64,000 nucleotides of DNA. It comes from Octopus sinensis. Taxonomy: Eukaryota. This document shows, in pieces, positions 1-12,722 of the stretch (position 1 is the stretch's first letter; each line of letters starts with the position of its first letter). The position numbers were made by a program, and so were the translations under genes. The notes under the pieces are model-generated. The model made no database searches and was not told the origin of the DNA. It worked only from the letters and a program-made list of their open reading frames with translations. The stretch spans positions 8,680,001 through 8,744,000 of the forward strand of contig NC_043026.1 in the NCBI RefSeq assembly GCF_006345805.1, read 5' to 3'.

Positions 1-619
1 GGTCTTTGCCATGATGACCCTGGACAGGGCATGAAATCATCTGCTTGCTTCCCAGCAGTTAGGGTTAAAGCCAAAGGGGTCAACTACTGACAGGGTCCTG
101 GATCTTTGTGCACTCATTGAATGCAAGTGGAGCTTCCAAACTGAAAGGTGGGGTGGAACTAGATCTTTGTAGAAAATGTATGTCTGTGACTAGTTACCTA
201 ACAGCTCACAATTTCTTCTCTTTAACTCCATAAAGAGAAAAAATTATTGGAAATAGTCATTACTCATTTTGCCCCACGAGGAGATTTCACGATTGATTAC
301 AAGAAGTTTATCAGCCAAGCAAATGGCCTTCCCTGAATGCATTGAAAACATTATAACAGAATCACTATTTCAGGAAATTATCATTGTTCTCTTTGAGTGT
401 GTAGAAAGAGAAATTTGGCAGAGGCAAGAAAAGGTGAAATTGTCTCTTCAAATTATCCAGAATTACATTTGAAAACAAAGACTCAAACACATCAATATCT
501 ATCCTTCGACATCTTAAAGATCAGAAATGCAAAAAGCTATTCAAGTATCGAATTCAAATGAAAGAGAATCAGAGAAAAATTGCAAATGATGTGAAATTAA
601 TGAATATCGAATAAATAGA

Positions 620-872
620 AAAACTCACTGCTTCCACAAATTCAAAAATACATCAAACCTGGTTCGGTTACCTACAGAGATTCCTGGGTGTCTTACAAAA
701 GATATACAAACATTGGGTTATCAACATTACAGGATAAACCACAAAGAAAATTTTGTTGACACCAAATATGCACACGCAAAACATCGAACGCTTTTGGCGG
801 GATTTAAAAGAATGGGTGAAAAGGCCAGGTATTCGTTCAAACTATCTACACCAGTACCTGGCCAGGTAATCA
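620..872 (+). mobile_element. Merlin/IS1595 (ISXO2-like) DDE transposase relic, frameshifted
   Basis: Joined frames read LLPQIQKYIKPGSVTYRDSWVSY..LGYQHYRINHKENFVD..HTQNIERFWRDLKEWVKRPG, matching the ISXO2-like PGS..SD.W..Y, NH..FVD and HTQNIE..W motifs. Confidence 0.75.
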
Positions 873-978
873 TTTATCTCTGCTACAGGAAAGAAAAACA
901 ACTAAGATGATAACATACAAAAAAAGTTGAAAAAAAATTTCTGGTGAAATCGAGGAAGCACCCCACCCCATCTTAAGA

Positions 979-1124
979 GTGGTCCCGGTGCACGCACTCG
1001 CGCTAGCTAGTCGTGACTAGTCAATCCTACAACGACTACCTAGCAAAGTAAATAAAATACCAAAACACAAAGTAAGGATCGACTAGTCGTGATTAGCTAG
1101 AGCGAGTGCGCGCACCGGGACCAC
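979..1124. mobile_element. 146-bp MITE-like element with ~45-bp terminal inverted repeats
   Basis: gtggtcccggtgcacgcactcgcgctagc... pairs with ...gctagagcgagtgcgcgcaccgggaccac. A half copy ends at 16650. Confidence 0.7.
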
Positions 1125-1913
1125 CCATCCCTGCGTTTTCCATAGTAAAAAATGCACTTGCGATATATAAGGAGGTTGAGGGCGATTTTTCGTTCTGAGT
1201 TGAGACTTATAAAGAAACTTGTTCGCTGGTTTCCATGACGAGGGGTCGCCTTGTCAAGTGCGTGTTTCTTGTACTGTTTGACGACCGGTCGACCTTAAAT
1301 AATCGGTTTTGGAAGTTGAGGAGAAATTTGTTGAAAATAAAACGGTGACTGGCCACCTCACTCTTACGGACTCAATTTCAGGAATAACAACTACGAAGAC
1401 CATAAATATTTATTCATAAATAGAAAATAATGAGGCAATGCTTACAATAAAATTACTCATTTTGCCCCGCTTACTTATTTTGCTCCCGTCCATATATCAA
1501 GAAACAAATATTCGGTGAATCATAATACAGGAATGGATTCTCAACATTTCTGTGGTTGGAGTGTACTTGAGGACATTTCTCCAACTAAAACCCACAAGAA
1601 ACTAACATGCAATCAATAGAAAGCGCAAGAAGAGATGAGAAATTACTCATTTTGCCCCGCTTAATAATTTCGTCCCCCTCCTTTGATCAAGAAACAAATA
1701 TTCGGTGAATTATAATAAAGCATTGGTTTCTCAGCATTTCTGTGGTTGGAGTTTAATTTAAGAACATTTCTCCACCTAAAACACACAACAAACAAACTTA
1801 AAGAAACGATGGAGAGAGTAGAAGGTTGCCGCCATAGCTAGAAATAGCAGCCAAATGTGGAACAAAATCTGATTCACAAAGTATTAAAAGATTAAATGCT
1901 TTCGTTGTTTAAT

Positions 1914-2082
1914 ACTTACAGAAATGTCTTTATAAAGGATGGTGTTGTTGTTGTTGCTATGTCAGGTGGTAGAGAAATCTATTATAAATGCGTTTCGGAG
2001 TTAATTAAGAGAAATTCTAAAATCAGGCAAATTTGTCAAAATGTAATGAATGGAGGTGGAAGAACGTTTAGTGCGCATGCGT
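1914..2082 (-). promoter_or_regulatory. Promoter plus non-coding exon 1 module of a ZNF paralog lying left of the window
   Basis: Same module as upstream of the other ZNF genes: tgcgcatgcgt at 2072-2082, donor (acttac) at 1914-1919, intronic repeat units at 1453 and 1643. Confidence 0.6.
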
Positions 2083-2633
2083 AAAAATATACTGATTTCA
2101 CATTTTGGCACAAGGCCAGCATGGGAGGTGGGGGGTGAGGAGAGGATTTTCGGAAAATTCACAAGATCCAATTTTTCCGTCATAATTTTCGGGACAAATT
2201 GATATATATTTATTATTCTTTTTACGGAATCCCAAGTTTTTGATTACGGAGGATCCGATTCAGAAAAAAAAAAAAAAAATTCAAAAATTGCAATCCCCCA
2301 CCTCTAAATTTTTCAGCGGGGTTTGGGTCGGAATTTCTCATTTAAAAAATTTTTAATTAAAATTTGAATCTGTGTTTATTTTTTTCCCCCCACGTAGATT
2401 GAAAAAAAAAGTCGAAAAACCCCCCCACAATTTTTATGTGAATTACTTTCTCATATTTCTGCGGGAAATTACTCTGAGAGAAATCTTTGCAGAAAGGTGA
2501 GTAGATTGATAATAACATTTCTTTCGTTATATTATTTGTCATATTTGGCTGTTATTTCTAGCATGTGGATAGCCTGCTTGAAGGCCAAGGCCGTAGAATT
2601 GGGAGGGGAGGGTATATATATATTTACTCTTTA

Positions 2634-2790
2634 CTCTCTTTTACTTGTTTCCGTCATTTGACTGCGGCCATGCTGGAGCACCGCTTTTAAGTCAAGCAAA
2701 TCGATCCCTGGACTTATTCTATTGGTCTCTTTTGCCGATCCGCTAAGTTATGGGGACGTAAACATGCCAGCATCGGCGGGGGAGGGGGAC
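2634..2790 (-). mobile_element. SINE family 1, 3' fragment
   Basis: gtcatttgactgcggccatgctggagcaccgc block shared with the copies at 9.7, 22.8, 28.3 and 36.2 kb. Confidence 0.7.
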
Positions 2791-3179
2791 AGACACAGAA
2801 ACACACACATATATATATACATATATATATGTATAAACATATATATATATCCACATGGCCGCAGCTCTGAGCTGAAACTAGAAAAAGAAAAAAAATATAT
2901 ATGCCTGAGAGACTTACATGGTGTGGATGTGGGTTTCTTTAAAACTAAACTGGATCTCTTCTTGTTGGGGGTCCCAGATGAACCTACCTCATGACAGGAG
3001 ACTCGGATGCGGGCAGCAGTATCGAACTCCCTTGTTGATCAAGTGCCACGTATCAGAGGTGGATTCACAAATTAGTGTAGCTCATTCAGCGGTGGTGCCC
3101 CAGCATGGCCGCGGCCTAAAACATTTTTAAGGATATATATATATATATACATACATACATATATATATATATACACATT

Positions 3180-3960
3180 ATGGCTGCCCCTTCGTTATCA
3201 AGTATGGCCATTGCACGAAGCTTAACTGTTATTGGTGCTGTGATCGAATGTGACTTTTTAGCCCAGCTAAAGATCTACAATGTCTTGTACAAAATTGGCA
3301 ACTAAAACCTTTACTAACAACACTATTCCTATTATTATTAGTATCATCATTGGTAATACAACCAATAATACCATCAACAATAATACCGTTATTATTATTT
3401 CTATTAACATTGCCATTGTTATTAACACGACTATGACTATTATTATTAATATTAGTCTGATTATTATAATTGTATGAGGGGTTGGAATTAGCAAGATTAA
3501 TGCTGGAACTCCCGGGTGAAGAACCTTTATTCAGCATCTTGGTATTGTGAGAAGATATAATTTGCGAAAGATTTCTAGTGTTAGAGAAATCGGTTCTAAC
3601 TGTGGGAATTGATAATAGAATAATATCTAGAATTTTGGGGAAAGTTCCTAGCAACACCTACACGGAACTGCAAGGGAAGGTTCGATTTAATCTGTTTTCC
3701 GAAAGGGATTACGAAACAGATACTATTCTTAGTGACTTTTGAAGGTAGGGGGAAAATTTCTGGGTTGGAAATTTGGAGTTAAATAGCGCTTACCTCTCCT
3801 GGTCCGCAAAGAATTTATATTACGTATTGGGCTGCTTACACTATTAGAATTAAAATCACTATTCCTATTATAGTCTTGTTGCTGAGAGAGGCTCGCTTTC
3901 TTTCCTGATGAGAAGATTGCATCATGCACCATTTATTCCTTTGGAATAAAACCATGTTGT
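3180..3960 (-). mobile_element. Probable LINE (RTE-like) 3' relic ending in a single C2H2-like finger
   Basis: ORF 3229-3657 ends FSCQFCTRHCRSLAGLKSHIRSQH, resembling a LINE ORF2 C-terminal finger rather than a TGEKP finger. The Asn-rich part is a degenerate AAT repeat. Confidence 0.4.
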
Positions 3961-4212
3961 CTTCAAAACATATGTCGAAAGTAAAGAAATTTTAACATCT
4001 TTGTTCAACTCCATTCATTTATTTATTCATATATAACACACAAATTTCTGCACATGAACCCGGAGTTTCTACCATTGGATAGGTCGCTTCAACCGTGTTT
4101 CTGACGTGAATTTGCAACACTGGTATCAGTTCATCGAATTTTCCATGTTGACGGTAAACATAGGATAATTCATTCACCTATCGATACATATACATATATA
4201 TACATACATATA

Positions 4213-5500
4213 TGAGGGGCGTTCAATAAGTAATGCCCCTGACCCACTTCCCATAGCAGTAGAGCAACAAAACTTGGCACAGTTATTAGTCTTTTTCTAC
4301 ATAGGAACCACCCAGAGTTACGCATTTCTCCCATCGTTTGATGCGGCTCTGGAGACCGTTTTTGTAGAAGAACCCAGCTTGGTCCTCCAACCTCAACGTA
4401 ACTTCAGAAATCAAGGCTGCATCATCTGGGAAACGCTTTCCTTTCAAAAACAACTTCATGATTGGGAAGAGGTGAAAATCAGAGGGTGCAAGGTCAGGAA
4501 AGTAGGGGGGATGGGGAGGAGTTCATAGCCATACGCCTGTGCTTCTGATCTGGCGACAAGCAAGTTGTGGACCGGAGCGTTGTCCTGCAGGGGGAAGATG
4601 CCTTTGCTGATCTTGCCCCACCTCTTGATTTTGATAACTTCTCTTAATTTCCTCAAAAGTGAAGCATAATAGGCTCCTGCAATTGTGGTACCCTTTGCCA
4701 GGAAATCTGTCATCACTACTCCGTCCTGGTCCCAGAAGACTGTGAGCATGACCTTGCCAGCAGAGGGCTGCACCCTTGCCTTCTTTGGAGGTGAGTCACG
4801 GTGTGTCCACTGCATTGACTGGGCTTTGGTCTCTCGATCATCGTGATCGACCCAGGTTTCATCCTGTGTAATCAGTCTTTTGAAAAATTTTGACTCATCT
4901 TCTTGGCACATCTCCAAATTCACCCTAGAGCATTCAACGCGTTCTTGCTTCTGGAAAGGCGTGAACAACCTGGGAATCCATCTGGCAGACACCTTTTGCA
5001 TATGCAAATGGTCATGAATGATAGTTTCCACAGACCCGGTACTAATCTTGACCTCATGGGCTATTTGGCGAATAATTATGCGTCGATTTTCCAAAATGGC
5101 AGCCTCAACTTGACGGACAGATGCCTCATCAATGGCAGAAGGCAGCGACCAGATCTGGGAGCTGTTTCCACAGGGTTCCGACCATGTTTGAATTCACGAT
5201 GCCAGCGTTTTACAAGGTCATATGATGGGGCATCATCACCATAAGTTACTTTCATTTCATCAAAAGTCTCCCGTGGTGTGCGTCCTTTCAAATACAAAAA
5301 CCGGATCACTGCTCGACATTCAACAGGCTCCATTTCACACTTGACTCGGTTCAAACACCTGTAAATCAGAAACCGCAATTAATTCAGAGCTGTAATTTGC
5401 CACTTACTCTATAGAGATATAAATGATTGCACATGCAAAATTTCAGCTAGATCAAACAACTGCAAGTGGGTCAGAAGCATTACTTATTGAACGTCCCTCG
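4213..5500 (-). mobile_element. Full-length mariner element (1288 bp) with frameshifted DD(34)D-type transposase
   Basis: TIRs gaggggcgttcaataagtaatgc / gcattacttattgaacgtccctcg flanked by TA. Motifs WIPRLF, TQDETW, QDNAPVH and YFPDLAPSD are spread over three frames (5378 to ~4286). Confidence 0.92.
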
Positions 5501-5518
5501 TATATATACATATATATG

Positions 5519-5556
<38 letters not shown>

Positions 5557-5638
5557 CTATATATATATACATACATATATATATATACATACATATATAT
5601 ATATACATACACATAAATATATACATACATATATATAT

Positions 5639-5692
<54 letters not shown>

Positions 5693-5989
5693 CGCTTAGC
5701 TGGTCATTTGTCTGAAATCCGTGTTTTATCAGCAAGGAGATGTAAATCAAGTAGCGAAAAGAAGCAGACCATAAGCTAGTTTATATAGAGTAGGGATTAG
5801 GGGGGGGGGGAGTCGGTGTATTAGGTGGTAACTCGAAGAGGGAGAAAGGGACAGACACGAGGGAGATTTTTCGTAGGGAATTCTCTGAAACAAAAATTAC
5901 TGAAACAGCAAATGCCGAGAGTTGAAAGTTGAAAACTTGGGATTTTTTTTATATGTTAATAAATGCTAAAAGAATGTATTTTCAAATCC

Positions 5990-5995
5990 TTTATT
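5990..5995 (-). terminator. Candidate polyadenylation signal of ZNF gene 1
   Basis: AATAAA within tgcagtgaataaagg..ttgaaaatacat, a block found at the same relative position for gene 2 (13090) and gene 3 (26832). Confidence 0.55.
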
Positions 5996-6108
5996 CACTG
6001 CATTTGCTGATATTCAAAATAAACTGTATTGGACAATGATCTTCAATGGCAGTCATAAATGACCGCTATGGTCCTTGTAGGAAGTAAGTAATGTTGATAC
6101 TTGTAGGG

Positions 6109-6331
6109 TTAACCCTTGAGAATTTAAAGCAGCCATATCCAACCCAAATATTCTACCTATTTTATGATCAAACCAGTCAGATTCAGCCTCTTGCACCTAC
6201 CCTACAATGTCATTCTGAAAATAAACAATCACGTCATCAAAATTTGAAAGCTGTGAAATAATGGGAGACAAATTGAAAATAATTTGAATAAAATCAGATT
6301 TGACAGAATAATCTGCAGGGCAAAGGGTTAA
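6109..6331. mobile_element. TTAA-flanked (piggyBac-like) MITE in the 3' region of ZNF gene 1
   Basis: TTAA-CCCTT...AAGGG-TTAA. Homologous copies sit behind genes 2, 3 and A. Confidence 0.7.
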
Positions 6332-6432
6332 GTCATCATTTACAGATGATTTACTACAAATATCAGTGGGATCGCTTCGACCCCGTATGAGCACATTTGT
6401 GAGGTCATCTGCCATGTTGAGTGAATGACCTA

Positions 6433-6525
<93 letters not shown>

Positions 6526-7869
6526 TCAGCGATATGGCTTCTTTCCTGTATGGAAACGTCTGTGAGAAGCTAAGCTGCTATTGCAGGAGAATGATTTACC
6601 ACAGATGTCACAGTGAAATGGCTTCTCTCCTGTATGAATACGTTTGTGTTTGGTTAGGTTACCATGATTAGAGAAAGATTTACTACAGACATCACAGTGA
6701 TATGGCTTCTCTCCTGTATGAATACGCTTATGTGCAGTCAAGATTCCGGCTGAAAGGTATGATTTACCACAGATATCACAGTGGTATGGCTTCTCTCCAG
6801 TATGGAAACGTTTGTGAGAAGCTAAGTTGCCACTTTGAGAGAATGATTTACCACAGATTTCACAGCGAAATGGCTTCTCTTTGGTATGAATACGTTTGTG
6901 ACGAGTCAACGCACACTGATGAGAGAATGATTTGTCACAAAAGTCACAGGGATATGGCTTCTCTCCTGTATGAACACGTTTGTGAGAAGCTAAGCTGCCA
7001 GGTCGAGTGAATGATTTACCACAGATATCACAAGAATATGGTGACTCTCCTGTATGAATACGTTTGTGTATAGTTAGTTTACCATTTACAGGAAAAGATT
7101 TGCCACAGATGTTGCAGTGATATGGCTTCTCTCCTGTATGAATACGTTTATGATAAGTTAGAGCACTGTAGTCAGAAAATGATTTACTACAGATATCACA
7201 GTGAAATGGCTTCTCTCCTGTGTGAATACGTCTATGAGAAGTTAAAGTACAACTGTGAGAGAATGATTTACCACAGATGTTACACTGATATGGCTTCTCT
7301 CCTGTATGAACACGTTTGTGAGATTTTAAATCCCCTCGGTGAGAGAATGATTTACCACAGACATCACAACGATAAGGCTTCTCTCCTGTATGAATACGTT
7401 TGTGTTCAGTTAAGTCATTACTTTGAGAGAATGATTTACCACAGATGTCACACTGATATGGCTTCTCTCCTGTATGAATGTGTTTGTGATAATTTAAAGC
7501 ACTTTTGTTAGAGAAGGATTTACCACAGACGTCACAGTGATAGGGTTTCTCTCCTGTATGAATACGTTGTTTGTGTACGAGCAATTCGGAACTTGTACAG
7601 AATGATTTACCACAGATATCACAGTGGTATGGCTTCTCTCCTGTATGGTAACATTTATGAGTAGCTAAGTTGTCATTTCGGGAGAATGATTTACCACAGA
7701 TGTCACAGTGAAATGGTTTCTCCCCTGTATGAATACGTTTGTGCATATTCAAACTTCTCTTATACAAGAATGACTTTTTACAGACATCACAGTCATGTGA
7801 TAAGTTTCTCCCTCCTTTTTCTGCATCTTCAGGAAAAACTATCTCCTCTAGTTTTTCACTTTTTTCCAT
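6526..7869 (-). CDS. C2H2 zinc-finger protein, gene 1 (15 fingers, 447 aa from MEKSEK)
   Basis: Repeating CxxC-x12-HxxxH-TGEKP units. The ATG was chosen by homology of the MEKSE leader. It ends at a TGA in a Cys position, and decayed fingers continue to ~6335. Confidence 0.9.
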   Translation of the reverse strand: MEKSEKLEEIVFPEDAEKGGRNLSHDCDVCKKSFLYKRSLNMHKRIHTGEKPFHCDICGKSFSRNDNLATHKCYHTGEKPYHCDICGKSFCTSSELLVHKQRIHTGEKPYHCDVCGKSFSNKSALNYHKHIHTGEKPYQCDICGKSFSQSNDLTEHKRIHTGEKPYRCDVCGKSFSHRGDLKSHKRVHTGEKPYQCNICGKSFSHSCTLTSHRRIHTGEKPFHCDICSKSFSDYSALTYHKRIHTGEKPYHCNICGKSFPVNGKLTIHKRIHTGESPYSCDICGKSFTRPGSLASHKRVHTGEKPYPCDFCDKSFSHQCALTRHKRIHTKEKPFRCEICGKSFSQSGNLASHKRFHTGEKPYHCDICGKSYLSAGILTAHKRIHTGEKPYHCDVCSKSFSNHGNLTKHKRIHTGEKPFHCDICGKSFSCNSSLASHRRFHTGKKPYR

Positions 7870-9323
7870 TGTTTCTTTGAAATTCACAATGTATATATAA
7901 TTTTTTAATTCTTTTTGCTTCTATAGTCTTTTGTTTCCAAATATTTCAACTGCTGTATTTCTGTCTGGTATTACCTTTGTCCCAAAACTCTTTAGTAAAT
8001 TTATCCAAGTTTAATTCTTACACAGACACATCTTGTAGACACTCCAGCCAGTGATGTCCAGAAGGTTTGCTAATAACACAATTCAGAGTAAATATATCAG
8101 AGGAATTCCACCACAGATTTATAGAAACAATCTTATATATCTGTTCTCTACAATATTTCCATTTTGATCTTTAAAAAGCTGATAAATAATGAGAATGTAT
8201 CTTCAGTTATGCCAATGTCATCTGATATTCTGAAACAATAAAGAAACAACAGTGTAAGATATAGAGGCTACTTAAAAAAATACAGATTCAACATTTCCAT
8301 AAAGATAAACTCTAGAAATAAACATCTACCTAAACAGAACTAAACCTGGAACCATATATATATACAGAGAGATGTAATCGATACAAATTAATTTATTAAT
8401 TAATCAACATATTAACAATTGTTTCTTTTCTGAAATAAGATTAAAATCAGAGCGGTTGACTCGTTTTGCTCTTAGCCATTACAGCTTCCTCGTTATGTAG
8501 TTGACACAATCCGTTCTCTCTTCTGTTCCAACATGAATCACATAAGATGAACCCTGAACCATGAACGTCAAGTGGTTTATTCTCCAGCCAACTACCGACA
8601 ATCTAATTTTCACTAGCTATGAAACAACCACGTTTCTATAGTTTTTACTATTTCATAAGTACCTTTTGTAAAAATACAGTTATATAAATCCTTTGTCTTG
8701 GCTTAACAGCCCTCATCATTTGCTTTTACTGTTTTGTTCTCACTGTCCTGTTCTTGTTACCTCTTTTACCCCTCCGCAAAAAATCCCAAATTTTATTTAA
8801 TTTGCTTTGCGGGAAGGACGGTTTCAACGAAGTCGCGTCTTGTCCTTACCTTCGAAATGTGGAATAGTTGAAACAGGGACAACTGAAGAAGGGGAATATT
8901 CCTTGTGTTGTATGTCTCGTTTTTCTGTGGTTTTTTCGTTGTTTGAAGAAAAAAAGTTTGTTTTTCGTTGTTCAATGTTTTTTTGATGTCCTCAGCTCAA
9001 AGTTCACCCGTCCTGTCGAAAGACGCCTGTCTGTGACGTCCTCTTTTTGTTATTATTATTATCATTATTGTTTATACGTATTTTTGTATTCATATTCGTG
9101 TAACATCGTCCATTTTTCGTCCTTGTTTTGTATACATTCGAGGCTTTCTTCCAAGGAATCTAATGCGCTTGGCCAGATCGGAGCAATCTCAAGATTAATC
9201 AGCCGAAATTGCGAGGATGATCCGGTTCTTGACTGAAGATTGAAGGCTTTGAATGTCCCGTCCGTGTTTTTTGTATCGTCTTCTAAATGTTTTGCGTTCT
9301 TGTCCCAGTTTGTATTTTTTTAC

Positions 9324-9354
<31 letters not shown>

Positions 9355-9696
9355 CATATGTAGGTATGTACATATATGTATGTATATATGCATATATTTA
9401 TATATTATATAAAACCTTGTTATCCAAACTTGGATTGAATGTAATTTGTCACACCAACGCACACGCAGCTTAACACAACACGGACAAGAAAACTGGATTC
9501 ATGTTCGACTCCTCCCTAAAATAAGATATTAATGTTTGTCTCTCATAAAATGGTGTATCTTTAAGCAATAATAAATCTCTGAACAAATCGGACACAGACA
9601 GCGTGTCATAAGCCAGCTGGAGGAGATGGCTTCCTGGGGCTATAAACAACAGTAGCATCGTCCTCTATGGGTCCGCCACATTTAGGTGGCAAATAT

Positions 9697-10046
9697 ACTT
9701 ACTCTCTTTACTTGTTTCAGTCATTTGACTGTGGCCATGCTGGAGCACTACCTTTTAGTCGAGCAAATCTACCCCAGGACTTATTCTATGTTTTGCCGAA
9801 CTGCTAAGTTACGGGGACATAAACACACCAGCATCGGTTGTCAAGCAATATTAGGGGGACAAACACAGACACACACATATATACGACGGGCTTCTTTCAG
9901 TTTCCGTCTACCAAATCCACTCACAAGGCTTTGGTCGGCCCGAGGCTATAGTAGAAGACACTTGCCCAAGGTGCCACGCAGTGGGACTGAACCCGGAACC
10001 ATGTGGTTGGTAAGCAAGCTACTTACCACACAGCCACTCCTATGCC
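9697..10046 (-). mobile_element. SINE family 1, near full length
   Basis: Reverse complement of ggcgcaggagtggctgtgtggtaag...gactgaaacaagtaaaag, with a tRNA-like head. Confidence 0.8.
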
Positions 10047-10302
10047 TTGGTGTATATTTAATTTACATTTCATCATTATTTACAATTATTTAAGACGAGT
10101 AAAACGCAAATTCTTTTCCGGTTAATGCTTTTGTCTGTATTTAATTTCGATTTGCACATTGTTCGTCAATTCGCAACAAGCTCTTTAAAGTAAACAAAAT
10201 CAAAATTTTAAATTGGGCGGGGGGGGGGGGAGAATTAATTATTTTTGACTTAACTTCGGTAAACATTTCAAGAAATTTTATATATATATATATATATATA
10301 TA

Positions 10303-10817
10303 CTAGCTGTATCGCCCGGCGTTGCTCGGGTTTGTAAGGGAAATAACTATATAAGCATTTTTTAGAGAGTTACTTTCCTTATAGATGCCAATTCCGGCTT
10401 TCTTAGCCATTTCTGTTTTGGTGTCTTCAAGCCATGAAGTCGTTGTTCTAAAAGAACGCTGGTCTCCTTGACAACGCTTTACGACATTGATTTCCTTACA
10501 CTCCTTCCCCACAGCTTCACGAGGGAGGGAAGAAGGGGGAGAAGCAAACAGGTGCAGCTGTGAGCGTGGACGCCAACTCCGCTGCCATCGACACACGATG
10601 CATTTTATGCATTAAAATGGAATAAAAAATGATGTTAAATTATTTTTAAAATCGTAGACTCATCATTGACGCGCGCTAATACTCAGACGGGCTCGATATG
10701 AATCACGACTATAAGATACCCGAATTTGGTTAAACTGCACCGCAAAATGTGGGAGTAGTTAGGAATCTAAATCGAAGGGGACAGACACTCACACAACTAG
10801 AGTTTTATATATAAAGA
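10303..10817 (-). mobile_element. Non-autonomous Helitron-like element
   Basis: On the minus strand it has a 5'-TC(tttatatataaa) end and a GC-rich cccgagcaacgccgggcg segment before CTAG-3'. It is near-identical to 47541-48052. Confidence 0.75.
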
Positions 10818-10918
10818 TATGCAAACATTTATATTCTGTGTATTTTATGCTAAAAATATTTTTTTTTCTGAAGTCATAGTCTACGAAATAAACTGATCCA
10901 CGGCCCTGAAAAGGTCGA

Positions 10919-11470
10919 GGATCTTTTCCTTTTGAACGGCTGACAATTTCTAGTTAAACTAAACACTTTAAAACTTCGTATACTGGTAGAATGTGTCAAA
11001 ATAAAACATTTTTTCTCTTGGCTTTCTTGAGAAAATTGTAATTTGTTTGTTTAATGTAGTTTAATTTTTCGAATTTTAACCAATCCTATGCTCTCTTTTG
11101 AGCTAAAATCATTTGCTGTGTCTAAAACTGAGACAACATCCTGTAACTAACCCAAAACCTCCCCCCTAACCCTAAATTTTTTTTTCTTAATTGTTACGCC
11201 TGTAAAAAAAACTAAAGCAATGGAATTAAATTAATTTAACAATTAAGAAAAACAAAGTTAGGGTTAGGGGGAGGTTTAGGGTTAGTTACAGGATGTTGTC
11301 TCAGTTTTAGACGCAGTAAATGATTTTAGTTGAATGGAGGTAATCGATTGGTTAAAATTGCCGAAATGCTCGGATTTTCAGACGAAATATCTTACAAACT
11401 ATAGAATTTTCTCAATAAAGCCAAGAGAAAATGATGTTTTATAAACACATTCTACCAGTATACGAAGTTT
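10919..11470. mobile_element. Foldback/MITE element with ~200-bp inverted arms
   Basis: Arm 10971-~11175 is the reverse complement of ~11259-11470. Same family as 20503-20905 and the elements upstream of promoters A-D. Confidence 0.7.
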
Positions 11471-11789
11471 CCGTCTTCCACATCCACTCATAACACTTTG
11501 GGCAGCCCAATGCTATAGTATAAAACACATGATCAAGGTACCACGCAGTGGGACTGAACCCAGAACCATATAGTTGGGAAGCAAGCTTCTGACCACACAG
11601 CCATGCATATTGGTTTTAATAGTTTCATAACAAAATTCATGCAAAACAAATTCAAAATTAGGAAGAAATTGCCTTTATTCCAAAAGTATCCCACAGATAA
11701 GTTACCTGAGATGTGGTGACAATCTATAGAGTTGGGAGGTTGTTACCAAACACTGTTGTATCTTCTCTCCTGTGTGAATACATTTACAT

Positions 11790-12042
11790 TTTGAGAGAGT
11801 GTCCCTTTTTTTAAATTTCTTTAATGTCCACGAGGAGCTAAACATAAAGGGGACAAACAAGAACACACGGATCAAGTCAATTACATCGACCCCCACTGCG
11901 TAATTGGTACTTATTTAATTGACCCCAAAAAGGATGTAAGGCTAAGTCGGCCTTGGTGGAAATTGAACTCAGAACGTAATGGCAACGAAATGCTGCTGAG
12001 AATTTAGCCTGGTGTGCTAACATTTCTGCCAGCTCGCTACCT
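11790..12042 (-). mobile_element. SINE family 2, degenerate
   Basis: Similar to 21232-21433 and 26115-26510 (acatcgacccc..., ctgccagctcgc). Confidence 0.6.
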
Positions 12043-12217
12043 TATTATTTTCTTGGCACAAAAGGAACTTTGACAATTACAGCAATGCCCTGATGAATAA
12101 CTTGGTTATTGCCAAGCAGAATGCCTACAACACTATCACCAATTTAGGAGGAGCTCAAAATGCTTATTGTTCTTATGAATTATCACATTGGTAGTCATAC
12201 ATCTATATGAATAGATA

Positions 12218-12722
12218 CTGTAAATCTTTGAGTATAATACACAGGGGATTTTTAGGGGGCTGTACCTCTGAAAAACCTGAACATTGTGTATAATACGCAC
12301 CCCTTCCCTATCTTGGGTCGTGCGTAATTAAGCCAGCAGCACCTAGTCGAACAAACACTCCCACGCATGCCTAATACAATAATGGTGGTGTTCTTAACTG
12401 TTATATGGGAATGTAAATATAGTTTCAAGTTGTTTTCGTTACATGTTATTCAGTATTCTGAATATTTTTATTTTAATAAATGTTGCTTACTGCAAGTTAT
12501 GGATGATTCTTTTATGACTTTGTTGCTTTCAGGCTTAGCTTAAGGTATTTTCGGGCCCAACATCACAAAATGTGTCTGAATAAACATTGCCGGACAGCAA
12601 ATAGAGACTCGGACATTGCTTAGAAAATATTTTTCATTTTTAGCCTCGTATATAGTATGCACTAGGGATTTTGACCTTTAAATTTTGGGGAAAAAATGCG
12701 GATTATACTCGAGGATTTACGG
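12218..12722. mobile_element. TA-flanked (Tc1/mariner/pogo-type) MITE
   Basis: TIRs c(c/t)gtaaatc..gagtataat / attatactcgaggatttacgg with TA flanks. Truncated copies at ~42030, ~48907 and ~55570 (inverted). Confidence 0.7.

Noticed and set aside
5423-5779. IYIYIY-type ORFs here and throughout 17.8-20 kb
   Set aside because: They are translations of (TA)n/(TACA)n microsatellites.
6702-7880. Recurring [17 protein letters not shown] ORFs opposite each ZNF gene
   Set aside because: They are antisense shadows of the periodic finger codons and are fragmented by stops.
8860-9270. Hammerhead ribozyme-like CTGANGA motifs
   Set aside because: I could not build stem II followed by GAAA and a cleavage triplet. 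An Infernal search would settle it.
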